Positions 30,977-40,620 are shown, numbered from the stretch's first letter. The stretch: 64,000 bases of DNA from an uncultured delta proteobacterium (GCA_963812015.1 CAWETI010000003.1:960001-1024000); one strand, 5' to 3'. Notes: a model not told the origin generated them from the letters alone. Numbers and translations are program-made.

Positions 30977-31099
30977 TTATCGGGCTAATAAATAAACCAC
31001 GAAGATCAAATTGAGCATGACTAAGGTGGCAATCTGGAGCTGTTTGACCTTGGTTTCCAGTTCGGTTACCTTTTGGGCAAGATCTGTGGGTTCAGACAT
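30977..31099 (-). CDS. Putative 40-aa coiled-coil plus TM microprotein (not in ORF track)
   Basis: GGGAGG RBS; MSEPTDLAQKVTELETKVKQLQIATLVMLNLIFVVYLLAR. Confidence 0.5.
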   Translation of the reverse strand: MSEPTDLAQKVTELETKVKQLQIATLVMLNLIFVVYLLAR

Positions 31100-31271
31100 G
31101 GCCGCCCCCCCTCCCTAAGAATTTCTTTCCTTATCGGCGTATCGGCATTGATGCTTAAGTAATCATGGGCCGGCGGGCGGGATCAGGGCCTCGGTCCCCA
31201 ACGCATTATAGGATTTTTATTTGGCTGAAATTTTGATAAGATATCAATGAGCCAAGAAAAAACCTAAGGAG

Positions 31272-32075
31272 TTGAATATGGTAGATTTGAACATGAAGGT
31301 GGTGGAGCCCCGGAAGCTCACTATGGCGAGCCGCTTTAAGTTCCGTTGTCACCCTGGAGTGTCGTGCTTCACCGAGTGCTGCGGCAAGACCACCATCATC
31401 CTCACCCCCTATGATATCCTGCGCCTCAAAACCCGCCTCAACCTGAAGGCGGCTGACTTTCTGGAAAAATACACCCGGATGGAGGCCCACGACAAATCCG
31501 GCCTGCCCATGGTGATCATGGACATGCCCCGGTTTGAGAACCGCTGCCCCTTTGTGCGGCCGGTCACCGGGTGCACGGTCTACAGCGATCGCCCGGCCAC
31601 CTGCCGCTACTATCCCATCGGCCAGGGCAGCCTGATCACCGAGGAAGGCCTGGATGAGTTCTATTTCTACGTCAGAGAGCCGCACTGCAAGGGCTACGAA
31701 GAGGAGGCCGAATGGACCGTGGCCACCTGGCGGGAAGACCAAGGGGTGGAAAAATACGACGAGATGAACCGTGACTGGAAGGCCATGATGCTGCGCCGGG
31801 CCGAAAATGGCGGGCCGGTCACCGATGAGCGGGGCAACCGGCTCTTTGCCATGGTCTTGTATGATCTGGACGAATTCCGGAGATTCGTTTTCAAGAGCCG
31901 CTTCCTGACCGTCTTCAACGTGGAAGACGAGGTCAAGGAGAGGATCTGGGACGATGATGACGAACTCCTGAAGTTCGGGTATAAATACCTCAAAATGGCT
32001 TTAAAGATCGAGGATACCCTGGAGGTGAATCAGCCTCTGGGTCCGGGACCCGGCTCCACGACCATGACCTTTTGA
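31272..32075 (+). CDS. YkgJ family Cys-cluster (CxxCxxCC-like) protein
   Basis: F.C.....CFT.CC, LTPYDI.RL, CPF....GC.VY.DRP..CR.YP. Confidence 0.85.
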   Translation: MNMVDLNMKVVEPRKLTMASRFKFRCHPGVSCFTECCGKTTIILTPYDILRLKTRLNLKAADFLEKYTRMEAHDKSGLPMVIMDMPRFENRCPFVRPVTGCTVYSDRPATCRYYPIGQGSLITEEGLDEFYFYVREPHCKGYEEEAEWTVATWREDQGVEKYDEMNRDWKAMMLRRAENGGPVTDERGNRLFAMVLYDLDEFRRFVFKSRFLTVFNVEDEVKERIWDDDDELLKFGYKYLKMALKIEDTLEVNQPLGPGPGSTTMTF

Positions 32076-32244
32076 ATCGCGGGGAAAGGGCCGGAATTCA
32101 GGTCCCGGCCCTGCTGCTCAATTTCCCGGGGCCAGGGGGGGCCGAGGGCGGCGGCGCCGCCTCCGGCCCCATTCCTTGAAGGGGCCCTAAACCCGGCAGC
32201 CGTGAGAGCTCCCGCAATCAGCCGGGGCCAGACCAGGAGGCAAC

Positions 32245-32670
32245 GTGACCCCAACCCCAGAGATTCAGGCGAGTGCGGCGGAGATTACCGAGATCCTGCA
32301 AGATTACCGGGTGGTGGCGGTGGTGGGGCTTTCCACTGATCCCGACCGGCCCAGCTACCGGGTGGCCAAATACCTCCAGGAGCATGGCTACCGCATAGTT
32401 CCGGTCAATCCCGGCTGCCAGGAAATTTTGGGGGAAAAGTGCTACCCCAGTCTCAAGGACATCCCCTTCCCGGTGGAGATCGTGGACATCTTCCGCGTCG
32501 TTGATGCCATCCCCGGGGTCGTGGCTGACGCCATCGCTGTGGGGGCCAAGGTAGTGTGGATGCAGCAGGGGCTGGCAGAGCCCGACTCGGCCCGGAAAGC
32601 CGGAAAGGCCGGCCTCCGGGTGGTTATGGACCGTTGTCTGAAGATCGAGCATGACCAACGCCGTCTTTAA
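32245..32670 (+). CDS. CoA-binding protein (YccU-like)
   Basis: VVGLS..PDRPSY.VA.YL...GY.I.PVNP, VDIFR, VWMQ.G, VMDRC.KIEH. Confidence 0.9.
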   Translation: MTPTPEIQASAAEITEILQDYRVVAVVGLSTDPDRPSYRVAKYLQEHGYRIVPVNPGCQEILGEKCYPSLKDIPFPVEIVDIFRVVDAIPGVVADAIAVGAKVVWMQQGLAEPDSARKAGKAGLRVVMDRCLKIEHDQRRL

Positions 32671-32811
32671 GCAAGGAAAAAACCGGGTGGGGCGCCCACC
32701 TGTGAGCCGGTAAGGAGTTGCACCGCAGATCGAGCATGACCAACGCCGTCTTTAAGCAAGGAAAAAACCGGGTGGGGCGCCCACCTGTGAGCCGGTAAGG
32801 AGTTGCACCGC
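32642..32811 (+). repeat. Perfect 85-bp tandem duplication
   Basis: 32642-32726 is identical to 32727-32811. Confidence 0.95.
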
Positions 32812-33174
32812 ATGGAAATCACCCTGTTCAATAAAAACGGCAGGCCGGTGGCCTATATCGCCGATGACGGCGAGTCCATCTACCTGTGGGACGGCCGCCC
32901 CGTGGCCTATATCGTCGACGACCAGGTCTATGACTGGAACGGCAGGCAAGTGGGCTGGTTTACCAACGGCACCGTGTTTGACATCTATGGCTTGAGGAGC
33001 GGTTTTATCAAGACTAAATCCCCCATCGCCACGGAGGTGGAACCGATCAAACCCCATAAACACCTCAAACCGGTCAAAGGCAAAAAGCAGTCCCAGGTGA
33101 TCAAGCCGATTTTATGCTATGGCTACTCCACTAAGAATTTAGAGGACATCCTGGACCTGGCGGGCAAACATTGA
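32812..33174 (+). CDS. 4-fold beta-flower-like protein
   Basis: Repeated G+PVAYI/GW units (LFNKNGRPVAYI, YLWDGRPVAYI, YDWNGRQVGW); AGGAG RBS. Confidence 0.65.
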   Translation: MEITLFNKNGRPVAYIADDGESIYLWDGRPVAYIVDDQVYDWNGRQVGWFTNGTVFDIYGLRSGFIKTKSPIATEVEPIKPHKHLKPVKGKKQSQVIKPILCYGYSTKNLEDILDLAGKH

Positions 33175-33471
33175 GCGCCTCCCAGCCCCGGTGACCCCGC
33201 CGGGCCGGCCGGGGCCCGGAGGCGGCGCGCCTAACCGCCCCAAGGGCAGGCGACCCCATCCCGGCACGATCCGCCTCAACTTATCCCCCCGCTCGGAGGC
33301 ACGCGGTGCTTCTGATCGCCGCGTCAGTTTTCGCTGTCTGAAGAAACCCCGGTTATCTCTCGCCTCGGGAGGATGAGGCGCCAGGGCCGAGGTTTGTCTC
33401 CGGGAGAAAAATTATTGAAAATCCCGGCTGCATGCCTTATGGTGAACTCGGCTGCAGGAGAACTCGGTCCA

Positions 33472-34164
33472 ATGACAGGCATTGAGAAGCGATATGAACG
33501 GCATGGGCCCATCAAACCCTGCGTCATAAACCGCCAGGACATTCTTAGTTTAGGACAGATAATCCAGGAAACCTTCAGTAAACCGGAAATCGAGCGTTAT
33601 TTCCGCATATCCACGACCCTCAATCACACCCGGGTTTTTTCCAACTCCATTGACCATCTCTTGAGCCTGGAAGGATTGGGTGACCGGGTGGCCGACCTGT
33701 CGTTTTGGATTGAGGGATGGGACCAGAAGACCCGCTTCGATAAAAATATTTTACTCGATTTCAGCAAGTATTCCATTCAACTCAGTGTGGAAGGCACGGA
33801 CCCGGTTTGGGTATACGACAAGTATAACCGCATCAGCAAATATCTGAGCAGCAAGACCGCCTGGTATTGGCCCATTATTCTGATGGAAAAAGTCCTTATA
33901 TTTTTCATTACCATTGCACTGATTATCAATATTATAGTTGGCGTCAAAAAAGATGCGCTATTCTATCATTTAGATAAGCTTGGGTTGTTGGCGGCCTGGA
34001 TGTTTTTAGTCTTTTATGACACCAGAAAAATCTGGCCTTACGCCAATATCCGGCTGAGGGAGGCGAGCTTCCCTTTATCCAGGGAAAATGTCTTCATGGT
34101 TCTCATGATCCTCGTGGTTATCTTGGCCATATTCGGAGGGACTATCCTGCCCTTACTGCACTAA
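33472..34164 (+). CDS. Hypothetical membrane protein
   Basis: Long ORF with three C-terminal hydrophobic helices; start uncertain. Confidence 0.6.
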   Translation: MTGIEKRYERHGPIKPCVINRQDILSLGQIIQETFSKPEIERYFRISTTLNHTRVFSNSIDHLLSLEGLGDRVADLSFWIEGWDQKTRFDKNILLDFSKYSIQLSVEGTDPVWVYDKYNRISKYLSSKTAWYWPIILMEKVLIFFITIALIINIIVGVKKDALFYHLDKLGLLAAWMFLVFYDTRKIWPYANIRLREASFPLSRENVFMVLMILVVILAIFGGTILPLLH

Positions 34165-34248
34165 AACCCTCCATGGTCTGCCCGCCGGGTTTCGGGGGCT
34201 TGGCCGGAATTCCGGGAAAGACGCAAGGATGCTCTACAGGGGAAGCAG

Positions 34249-34458
34249 ATGTTGGCCAGGGTGAAAAGCGGAGCCTTGTTGGGGGTGGACGCCTACATTG
34301 TGGAGGTGGAGGTGGACCTGGCCCCGGGTCTGCCGGCCTTTACCACCGTGGGGCTGCCCGAGACCGCGGTGAAGGAGAGCAAGGACCGGGTCAGGGCCGC
34401 GGTGAAGAACTCCGGCTATAAGTTCCCCGGCAACCGCGTCACTATCAACCTAATTTAA
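34249..34458 (+). pseudogene. comM: comM/yifB 5' fragment, cut after RVTINL
   Basis: VEVD...GLP.F..VGLP..AVKES.DRVR.A..NSG..FP..RVTINL, then abrupt AT-rich sequence. Confidence 0.93.
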
Positions 34459-34683
34459 TTAACTACCATTTATTATTGGGGAAACCCCAGTTTAGGCAGA
34501 CGCCTGAGCGGGGGTTTATCTTTAGTGGAAGACCTCAAGGCCAAGAAGGATTCCGGGTTAAAATTATATAGGGACAGAAAACTTGGCCTCTCTAACCCCC
34601 GGCTGATCCCCGGAGGGACAGAGTGGAAATCTCCGCCACTTTGGGGGGCCAATCATTTTGGAGAGCCGTAGGGAGAGGCGGTG

Positions 34684-35370
34684 ATGGCAAGGAAAACGAA
34701 ACCGGCGATACCCAAAATTGGTCAGCAGCTTTCATACTGGCAGGGCTATGCCATATTCGATGCAGCAAAGGCCACACGCCTCATAGATTTCACTTCCAAC
34801 ATTCCTCACGAAATTTCTGTCAGCATCGACTACCTGGCGGGCGCCATCCGGAAGTTCCCCGGAGAGTCTTTGGGAAATCCGACGATATGGGGGCTGGTGG
34901 CCTTCGTGAGGGAATCAGAGCTGAACGGCAGTTTGCCCCGGGGCACGTTTGACAAAATCCTTAAAGCCACGCGGATCGAATACCGCGGCTTCCACAAGAG
35001 ATCCAAACCTGAGGATCTCCAGAGAATCGTCTTTGGCAACCTCATGTTCTTTTTGAAGATATTAAACAGGGACAGGTCAACAACGATAGATAGCGCCATT
35101 ACCAAATACATCAATGAGGCTGAAACAACGACCGGAAAGGGATACGCTACTAACAAGGAAGGGGAAGAAAATTATAAGAGAATCTTCACCGCATACAATA
35201 AGGTGTATAAGAACTTAACCGCTGCCTTGAGCCAGAAGGAGGCTATCCATTTTTTGGAACATGCCGGCAAGATGATAGGCCAGCCAATAGACTACTCAAT
35301 TTGGAAACCGGAAAAGCGGCGGTTGTTGTATGCAAAGGGCATGGAAATGGTGTGCGAAATAGTCAGATAG
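34684..35370 (+). CDS. Hypothetical protein (first island gene)
   Basis: ORF with GGAG RBS; 29-nt leader shared with the gene at 46324. Confidence 0.65.
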   Translation: MARKTKPAIPKIGQQLSYWQGYAIFDAAKATRLIDFTSNIPHEISVSIDYLAGAIRKFPGESLGNPTIWGLVAFVRESELNGSLPRGTFDKILKATRIEYRGFHKRSKPEDLQRIVFGNLMFFLKILNRDRSTTIDSAITKYINEAETTTGKGYATNKEGEENYKRIFTAYNKVYKNLTAALSQKEAIHFLEHAGKMIGQPIDYSIWKPEKRRLLYAKGMEMVCEIVR

Positions 35371-35471
35371 TTAAGAACACCGTCTTTTTGACTATTTTAT
35401 TTTAATTTAATTTTAATTTAATTATTAGGTAATTTCCACGATCGCCTTTATTTGTCTGTGGAGGAAATAAG

Positions 35472-35672
35472 ATGCCGACTCGCTTGAGACGAGAAAGAAC
35501 CCAAAGGGGCCTGACCCAAGCCGGGGTGGCGCATCTGACCACCCTGGCCGGGACGCCGATTAGCCAAGTGCGCCTCAGCATGCTGGAACGTGGCCTGAAC
35601 CCTAAGCCTGCGGAGGCCGAGGCCCTGGCCGAAATTTTCGGGGTGAGGCCCGATGAACTTTTTGAAAGATGA
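35472..35672 (+). CDS. XRE-family HTH regulator
   Basis: LR.ER..RGLTQ...A..ISQ..LS.LERG...P....A.ALA..FGV..DELF; GGAGG RBS. Confidence 0.88.
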   Translation: MPTRLRRERTQRGLTQAGVAHLTTLAGTPISQVRLSMLERGLNPKPAEAEALAEIFGVRPDELFER

Positions 35673-35782
35673 CATGAATAAACGATTTCCCGGGCTGCCG
35701 TTTGAAGGGACGGTCCACCAGGGGGGAGTGCCTTCTCACTCCCCTCAGCCCGGGAATTTCCTGCCCGAGAAGGAGGGCAACC

Positions 35783-36412
35783 ATGTATTACTTTTCGACC
35801 ATTTATGATGATAACTATCAGGACTTGCAGGCTTGGCGCAGGGAGATCCTCGACATTGTTCGCAAATGGGATGGATGGGGAGATTTTCAAATTGCCGGAA
35901 GGGGCGTGCAGGCGATCCTGTGTGAGATCAAGTTCCTCTTCGATAATCTTGAGAAAGGGATTCCGGGCCAATGGCGGCAAAACTTCAAACCGGAACACCT
36001 CAAATTGTACGACTCCATATCAATCATCGGGGAAGAAGGAAAAAAGAACCCGAAGGCCTGGTTTCCAGGCTTCAAGGACACCATGGAGCGAGCAGCGAGG
36101 GAACTATCCCACGTCGAACTCCGGCTCTTCCTCCTGGCCTGCTGCGACGCGCACAACGGTCCCGAGAAGAACATCTCCGGGATGGGTCCGGGGGAGTTCT
36201 TCACCGGGAACAAGACCTTTGCAAAGAGGTCCGGCGCTGACAAGGCCTCCATATCGGAGGCGTGGAAGGTCCTTGATGGGCGGGGCTATGTGAAGAAAGT
36301 TAGAGGCCACAGGACCCGGACCCTTGTCCGGCGAGTTGAAATGCTCACATTGCAGGGAAGGGAAGCGGAATCGAAGGATGAATTGGAGAGCGGAGGGGAA
36401 GTCCAAGAATAG
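35783..36412 (+). CDS. Putative replication initiator-like protein (C-terminal wHTH)
   Basis: LS..ELRLFL..F.G.KTFAKRSG.DK.SIS.AWK.L..RGYVK pattern; followed by 25-bp tandem repeats; AGGAGG RBS. Confidence 0.5.
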   Translation: MYYFSTIYDDNYQDLQAWRREILDIVRKWDGWGDFQIAGRGVQAILCEIKFLFDNLEKGIPGQWRQNFKPEHLKLYDSISIIGEEGKKNPKAWFPGFKDTMERAARELSHVELRLFLLACCDAHNGPEKNISGMGPGEFFTGNKTFAKRSGADKASISEAWKVLDGRGYVKKVRGHRTRTLVRRVEMLTLQGREAESKDELESGGEVQE

Positions 36413-36506
36413 TGGAAACGCCTACGTTTAAGAATAGGCAAAATACCTATTTATAGGAATAGGGATAAAGCCTATTTGTAGGAATAGGCATTATCCCCCC
36501 CCTAAT
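36407..36506 (+). repeat. Four 25-bp iteron-like tandem repeats (putative origin)
   Basis: GAATAG recurs at 36407, 36432, 36457 and 36482; the middle units contain an AATAGG-N7-CCTATT dyad. Confidence 0.7.
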
Positions 36507-36862
36507 AAGAATAAGGAAATGATAATAATTGAACGACAATAACCGAAACATACAGTTCCTTAAGGAACTGTCTGGGCTTTCTGGCGAAAGCCCGTGTTGC
36601 TCCAAAAGATTTTTTGGAATATCAGGGAGCGTTTTTAAAAGAAAATCATCCCGAGATTCCCTATAGGGGCCTCTGGGGAAAGTGATGATTAATCATCCCC
36701 GAAATCAATCTCTGGGTCTTTGCGCGGGCGGTCCAAGACCCGCAAAGGAATTGATGATGTGAGACGTGGGAGACGGCCTGAAGCCCCCACCAGGCCACCC
36801 CATGCCCAGCCCCCCTGGTAAGGGTTTAATGATCACGATGCAATATGGGATAACAGATTAAT

Positions 36863-37351
36863 ATGAATAGGATTTCAAAGCAAAAATCAGACCAGGGTTT
36901 AAAGAGGGAACAAAGCCCATATTCGATATTCCCTAAGCCCTTGCGCAAGGTTAAGCACGGCCTCTACATGGCGCTGGAGCGCCACGAGATTGACGGGCGG
37001 ACAAGGCTTGCACAAATCCTCAGGCGGGCGACGGAGCTGCTGCTTGAGGGACACAAGGAGCCAGCACCCGGCCCGGCCCAGCTATTGGCCCAGCGGTGCG
37101 CCGTGAAGCTGATCCGCGCGGCATCCTACGAGGCGGCGCTGCTGGGGGGCAAGGTGGAACTGGGGGCCGGGACGGAGAAAGATTATCTGATGCTCTGCAA
37201 CAGCATTAGGGCGGACATTATGGCTTTGAGCACTCTGATGAAAGAAGGCCAGCCTTCTGACAGACCTCCCAGCCTTGAGGAATACCTGGCCGCCCTAAAA
37301 TCCGGCAAGATCGTGCCGGTGCAGGGCGAAGCCCAGGATGAGGGTAAATGA
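36863..37351 (+). CDS. Hypothetical protein, possibly terminase small subunit-like
   Basis: KHGLY motif followed by helical region; lies upstream of TerL. Confidence 0.45.
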   Translation: MNRISKQKSDQGLKREQSPYSIFPKPLRKVKHGLYMALERHEIDGRTRLAQILRRATELLLEGHKEPAPGPAQLLAQRCAVKLIRAASYEAALLGGKVELGAGTEKDYLMLCNSIRADIMALSTLMKEGQPSDRPPSLEEYLAALKSGKIVPVQGEAQDEGK

Positions 37352-37364
37352 GATGCAATCCTCT

Positions 37365-37985
37365 CTAAATGGACAATTTGTTCGCCAGGGCCTGCCGCTG
37401 CTCCGGGAGAATGTCTGCGTAGAGAGCGGTGTGGGCAATGTTTTCGTGACCAAGCTGTTTTTGCACGAATTTGAGGTTTCCCGTGTCCGCCAGCAAATGC
37501 GTGGCGAAGGTATGACGGGCATGGTGGATTGTGTGATGCAGGGGCAGCCCGGCCTTCTGCAAGGCCTTCTTAAAGCTGAAGTACAGGGCCATGGTGGTGA
37601 AGGGCTTTCCCTCCCCATGAGAGAAAAGGGAATCACTGGGGCTGACAGGCTGCTTCCAGGTCTTGGCCTTGATGTCGATGTACCGCTTCAAGGGTTTGAC
37701 CAGCGACCCGTTGAAAAAAACATCCCTGGGCTTGTCCCCTTTGCCGCGCCTAACACTGATATAGGTTTCTCGTCCTCCCAGGTGGATGTCCCCGATCTTG
37801 AGGGCGGCGATCTCGCCCACCCTGAGGCCGCTACGCAGGGCCAGGGCCACCAGCATATGCCGGGTGACCCAAGTCTGCCGCCCCTTGAGCAAGTCGAGGT
37901 CGGCCTGCTCCTCGCAGACCTTCAAGAGCCGCTTGACTTCATCGGTGGAAAGGAACTTGTCACGGGTGATTTTGTACTGTCCCAT
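37365..37985 (-). CDS. Small (catalytic-domain-only) tyrosine recombinase
   Basis: SGLRVGE, GKGDK.R, HHARHTFAT, LGH....T.LY: R-K-H-R-H-Y residues all present. Confidence 0.92.
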   Translation of the reverse strand: MGQYKITRDKFLSTDEVKRLLKVCEEQADLDLLKGRQTWVTRHMLVALALRSGLRVGEIAALKIGDIHLGGRETYISVRRGKGDKPRDVFFNGSLVKPLKRYIDIKAKTWKQPVSPSDSLFSHGEGKPFTTMALYFSFKKALQKAGLPLHHTIHHARHTFATHLLADTGNLKFVQKQLGHENIAHTALYADILPEQRQALANKLSI

Positions 37986-38055
37986 GGTCTTGGCCCCCCA
38001 TTTATTTTAATGAAAATATATAATAAATTAAGGAAAAGATAAAGGAAAAGGACAG

Positions 38056-38090
38056 TATTTTTAGGAAAATATTATATTTTCCTAAAAATA
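38056..38090. promoter_or_regulatory. Perfect 16-bp inverted repeat, candidate recombinase core site/operator
   Basis: TATTTTTAGGAAAATA-TTA-TATTTTCCTAAAAATA, 70 bp upstream of the recombinase start. Confidence 0.65.
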
Positions 38091-38103
38091 AGGCAGGCCC
38101 AAA

Positions 38104-38223
38104 ATGACAGAGCGCGAACTTGCCGCAGACCTGCTCAAGCTGCAAAAGGCTGCTCCGGAAATGTACCGGGCCATCATGCAGATGGTCAAGGCGGCGTTGA
38201 GGACAGTTGGCATAGTTAAGTAG
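38104..38223 (+). CDS. Putative 39-aa protein (not in ORF track)
   Basis: MTERELAADLLKLQKAAPEMYRAIMQMVKAALRTVGIVK, amphipathic; followed by a hairpin at ~38264-38308. Confidence 0.35.
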   Translation: MTERELAADLLKLQKAAPEMYRAIMQMVKAALRTVGIVK

Positions 38224-38336
38224 TGCCCCTTAAAAACTTAATCTGACAAGGCGCGCCCACAAGGCCCCCCTTGAGGTAGGTATCAACCTATCCATCGGGG
38301 GCATTTTTAATTTGTGGAGAAAAAGGAGGGGACATC

Positions 38337-38879
38337 ATGGACAGCTTGCCGGGCAAGGCCAATGTGGGCGGCGTCGTGCTGATGATAGTCTCGGAAGGGA
38401 AGGCACCGGCGCATTACCAATGGAAAAGAATCCTGGAGAAGGACTGGGCCGGGCCGTTCACGATCGCCAAACTAACCCGCTACCGATACCACATGGGACT
38501 CGACCCTGCCTTCGTTTGCGAGCAACCTCAATTCAAAAAAGGTCAGCTCCATTGGTACGAATGGATCATCTGCGAGAACGGCGGGGTGATCCATCTTTAC
38601 GACGAGGCAGAGAAATCCTTCGCCTTGTTGACCACGACCCAGACGGCCGCGAAGGTTCAGGCCGGGGTGAGGGAAGCCAAGCAGGCCCTCGAGACGGATG
38701 AGCGCCTGGGAAAGGAAATCCGTTTCCCGGCTGCGGTCTTGGAGCAGGTCTGCGAACTGGCCGGGGCCAGGATAGCCAGGAGGGGGCGCCCCTTGAGCCC
38801 GGAGCAAATGGCCTCTTTCGCAGAGGGCAGGAAACGGGGTATGGAGGCCATGAAATCGGCCGGCGGACCCTGTCTTTAA
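38337..38879 (+). CDS. Hypothetical protein
   Basis: ORF with strong AGGAGG RBS. Confidence 0.6.
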   Translation: MDSLPGKANVGGVVLMIVSEGKAPAHYQWKRILEKDWAGPFTIAKLTRYRYHMGLDPAFVCEQPQFKKGQLHWYEWIICENGGVIHLYDEAEKSFALLTTTQTAAKVQAGVREAKQALETDERLGKEIRFPAAVLEQVCELAGARIARRGRPLSPEQMASFAEGRKRGMEAMKSAGGPCL

Positions 38880-38946
38880 ACCCCGTTTCGGGTCCGATTT
38901 CAAGCGATACGCCCCGACCCCATAAAAAGGCATTGCTGGGGAGACA

Positions 38947-40479
38947 ATGAATATAATTCAAGCCATTGGAGACAGAAATTTGATAGGGGCGGGGTTCCCA
39001 GACCTCGCACCCTGGCAGCCCTGGAGGACGGCTCTAAAGGCCGCCTACGGCCTCCCCCTGGCAGACATTGACCTCCCCCTCTATCAGAGATGCACGGGGC
39101 GGCAAGCGGCCCCACAAGGCCCTGCCGGGGAGGTCTACTTCATAGTGGGGAGGCGGGGCGGCAAGTCCCGGATCACGGCGGCTACGGCCTGCTTCAGTGC
39201 GGCCTTTGCCGATACGGCCGTCTTGGCCCCCGGCGAGATCGGCCTGGTGGCCGTGATCGCCAACGACCGGGAGCAGGCCGGCATAATCATTTCATATTGC
39301 CGGGAGATATTCCGCCTTTCCCCCATCCTGGCGGGCATGGTGGAGGCGGACCTGGCCCAGGAGATAAGGCTGAAGAACCGGGTGAGCATCAAGATTCTGA
39401 CATGCTCCACGGCGGCCGTTCGTGGATACACCCTGTTGGCAGTGATTCTGGAAGAAGCAAGTTTCTGGAGAGTGGAGGGCAGGGACCCCGGCAAGGAGAT
39501 CTTGCGGAGTCTGCGCCCCGGCCTTGCCACCACTGGTGGGCCATTGATCGCCATAAGCTCACCCTACGCCAAACAGGGTGTCATGTGGGAGGCATTCTCC
39601 CGCTACTACGGCAAGGACGGGCGGGTCCTGGTCTGGCAGGCGGCCACCCGGACCATGAACCCGACCCTGTCCGCGGAAGTGGTGCAGCAGGCACTGGCTG
39701 AGGACCACGCAAGCGCCAAGACCGAGTACCTGGCCCTGTTCCGGGACGACATTTCGGGGTTCCTGGACATCGAGACCCTGGAGCCCCTGGTCGTTCATGG
39801 TCGGCGAGAGCTGCCGCCAAAGGAAGGTTTGCGGTACTTCGGCTTCGCAGCCCCCTCCGGGGGCCGCCAGGATAGCTTCACCCTGGGCCTGGCGCACCGT
39901 GAAGCCGATGGCCAAATTGTTTTGGACGTGATCCGGCGGCGGGTCCCCCCCTTCAATCCGGGTGAGGTGGTGGCCGAATATGCCCAGGTGCTCAAGGAGT
40001 TCAAATGCTCTCAAGTGACGGGGGACAAGTACGCGGCCGAGTGGGTCGTCTCGGCATTCCGGGAGCACGGCATTGACTATCGGAGCTCGGTAAGGGACAG
40101 GTCGCAGATCTTCCTGGAGGCCCTGCCCCTGTTCACCAGGGGCCAGGTGGAGCTGCTGGACGACCAGGCTTTGCTCTCGGAATTGCTTGGCCTGGAGCGG
40201 CGGGTGCGGCCCATGGGCAAGGACATGATAACCCACGGCCCGGCCGGGCATGACGACGTGGCGAATTCCGCCTGCGGCGCTTTGGTTCTGGCGGGGGGCC
40301 AGGGCCAGGGGGACGGCCTGGGCCTTTTCTACTATTACAAGGAGCTGGCCGCCCGGCTCACCGAACGGGCCAGCAACCGGGGACCGGAGGTCCGATACCA
40401 TATCACCGGCTCGAAAGGTCTGGTAACCACCACCAAAAATTACGGCGGGGTGCCGCAAAGAGGTAAGGATGAACATTGA
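38947..40479 (+). CDS. Terminase large subunit-like protein
   Basis: GRRGGKS Walker A, VRG..L.AVILEE Walker B region, ISSP motif III, C-terminal HDD. Confidence 0.82.
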   Translation: MNIIQAIGDRNLIGAGFPDLAPWQPWRTALKAAYGLPLADIDLPLYQRCTGRQAAPQGPAGEVYFIVGRRGGKSRITAATACFSAAFADTAVLAPGEIGLVAVIANDREQAGIIISYCREIFRLSPILAGMVEADLAQEIRLKNRVSIKILTCSTAAVRGYTLLAVILEEASFWRVEGRDPGKEILRSLRPGLATTGGPLIAISSPYAKQGVMWEAFSRYYGKDGRVLVWQAATRTMNPTLSAEVVQQALAEDHASAKTEYLALFRDDISGFLDIETLEPLVVHGRRELPPKEGLRYFGFAAPSGGRQDSFTLGLAHREADGQIVLDVIRRRVPPFNPGEVVAEYAQVLKEFKCSQVTGDKYAAEWVVSAFREHGIDYRSSVRDRSQIFLEALPLFTRGQVELLDDQALLSELLGLERRVRPMGKDMITHGPAGHDDVANSACGALVLAGGQGQGDGLGLFYYYKELAARLTERASNRGPEVRYHITGSKGLVTTTKNYGGVPQRGKDEH

Positions 40480-40564
40480 AAATGCACAAAAAGAGCTGGT
40501 TCGCCGCCTTCAGATTTCTCCATCCCTGAGCCAAAGAGTTCCCCAGCCCTGTGAAACCTCTGTC

Positions 40565-40620
40565 GTTATGCAGATCATATCGCAACCTTTTGGGTTGTGC
40601 TGATAATGGCAAGTTCTAGA
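40565..40620 (+). repeat. Repeat family 1 copy E (core plus right arm only)
   Basis: TTATGCAGATCATATC..TTTTG..TGATAA, aligns with the right part of copy C. Confidence 0.65.

Noticed and set aside
37338..38042. 234-aa plus-strand ORF
   Set aside because: Antisense to the tyrosine recombinase, which has the full catalytic motif set.
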